Of a DNA stretch of 53,734 nucleotides, positions 52,822 to 53,734 are shown piece after piece. Within the stretch, counting starts at the first letter, position 1. Each line of letters begins with the position of its first letter. The notes beneath the pieces are model-generated. The model was not told the DNA's origin and did no database searches. It saw only the letters and a program-made list of their open reading frames with translations. The DNA is from Macrostomum lignano (taxonomy: Eukaryota). Both the position numbers and the translations under genes were made by a program. The stretch is from assembly GCA_002269645.1 (NCBI GenBank), contig NIVC01000123.1, forward strand, positions 1 through 53,734. The letters run 5' to 3'.

Positions 52822-53092
52822 GCCCACTGCGATTTAGAGTTCGGCATGAATCCGCAGCAAGTCAAATCAGTACTATCAATGCGCACTCGAGACTTGGCCT
52901 CTGGCCGCACCGAGTACGCCGTACAGGTTTTGATTCGTTGCTTCCACTCGGAGGCTGGCACGCAGCCAGACGCGTTTCCGCCTGGCGTAAATCTGACCGT
53001 GAACAGTCAGCCTGTTCTGGGCCTGCCTGCTCCGCTGCCCTGCCGGCCCGGATCCGATCCTGTCAGGCCCGGTCGGCCTGTAAATATCTCCG
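52822..53092 (+). CDS. PIAS: PIAS PINIT-domain exon
   Basis: MNPQQV...EYAVQVLIRCF...QPDAFPPGVNLTVN...LPAPLP...RPGRPVNIS (PINIT-equivalent motif). TTCAG acceptor, phase-1 donor GTGAGT at 53093. Confidence 0.88.
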
Positions 53093-53604
53093 GTGAGTGA
53101 CGTAATAGAAATTTGCTGCGACATTTTGACGAAATGTATCGAAAAAAAACTTTATAAAGCGTGATTTTTAGGCGCAGAAAAATAACGCCTTCTCGTGCTA
53201 GATATTACCGAAAATTCAAAACGAAGTACTCGGAATCGGGGCATCCAAACTTTTTCAATTATCACCTTGAAATTTTACCTAAATTTTTTTTCAGACAAAT
53301 TTGAAAGCTACATGTATTGAACGTATATTTATAGATTATTTTCTCAGCGTATTTTATCTATATTTCTACTGTCCGTAGTGTAGAGAATTAAATTAGACAT
53401 GTTCATAGGTAGCTCACTTACCCTTTTCTTTTCAATTGCAACTACAATATACAACACGAATGTCAAAGATTGCCTACTTAAGAGTAGCGAGAAATGACTT
53501 TTAACCGGTGTGTGTCCATGGGCAGTCAAGACTAGCTGAAGTCATCAAGAAGTCATCAACAACGCCAACCCCCATAGTAACCGCTCCTAACTCTAATCAC
53601 GCAG

Positions 53605-53734
53605 GTCTCTGCCGCCTCTCTGCCAGCTCCCAGGCGAACAATCGTATCCGCGTCAGCTGGCTGCACCGACCATCCGGTCCGGGCTACTGCCTCTCCGTGT
53701 CCCTCGCTCGCGTCGTATCGTCCAATGACCTCGC
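53605..53734 (+). CDS. PIAS: PIAS exon (end of PINIT), truncated by the window edge
   Basis: CACGCAG acceptor, phase 1; GLCRLSASSQANNRIRVSW...YCLSVSLARVVSSNDL resembles the segment preceding the SP-RING. Confidence 0.8.

Overview
Intron-rich, repeat-rich eukaryotic (metazoan) genomic DNA with one assembly gap (17305-17493). An invertebrate origin, possibly a free-living flatworm, is inferred and not shown. The left third holds a cluster of four paralogous two-exon genes (A+, B+, C-, D-) for secreted proteins built as signal peptide + PAN/apple-like domain + F-type (fucose-binding) lectin domain, plus a 3' relic of a fifth copy. B and C are intact; A and D carry frameshifts and look like recombinants of B-type and C-type sequence. 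The rest carries three + strand genes reconstructed exon by exon from protein motifs and GT-AG phase: TYW3 (5 exons), a CAMSAP/Patronin (4 exons found, start codon not found) and a PIAS-type SUMO E3 ligase that runs off the window end. Mobile DNA includes an RT-deleted RNase H-bearing LINE, an RTE-like LINE fragment behind a tRNA-like head, tRNA-derived SINEs, a full-length decayed mariner, a solo LTR, MITEs and a Crypton-like tyrosine recombinase relic. Most large introns are filled by distinct minisatellites, and most long ORFs in the supplied track over those repeats are artefacts. All family calls are from motif recognition by eye, with no database searches.
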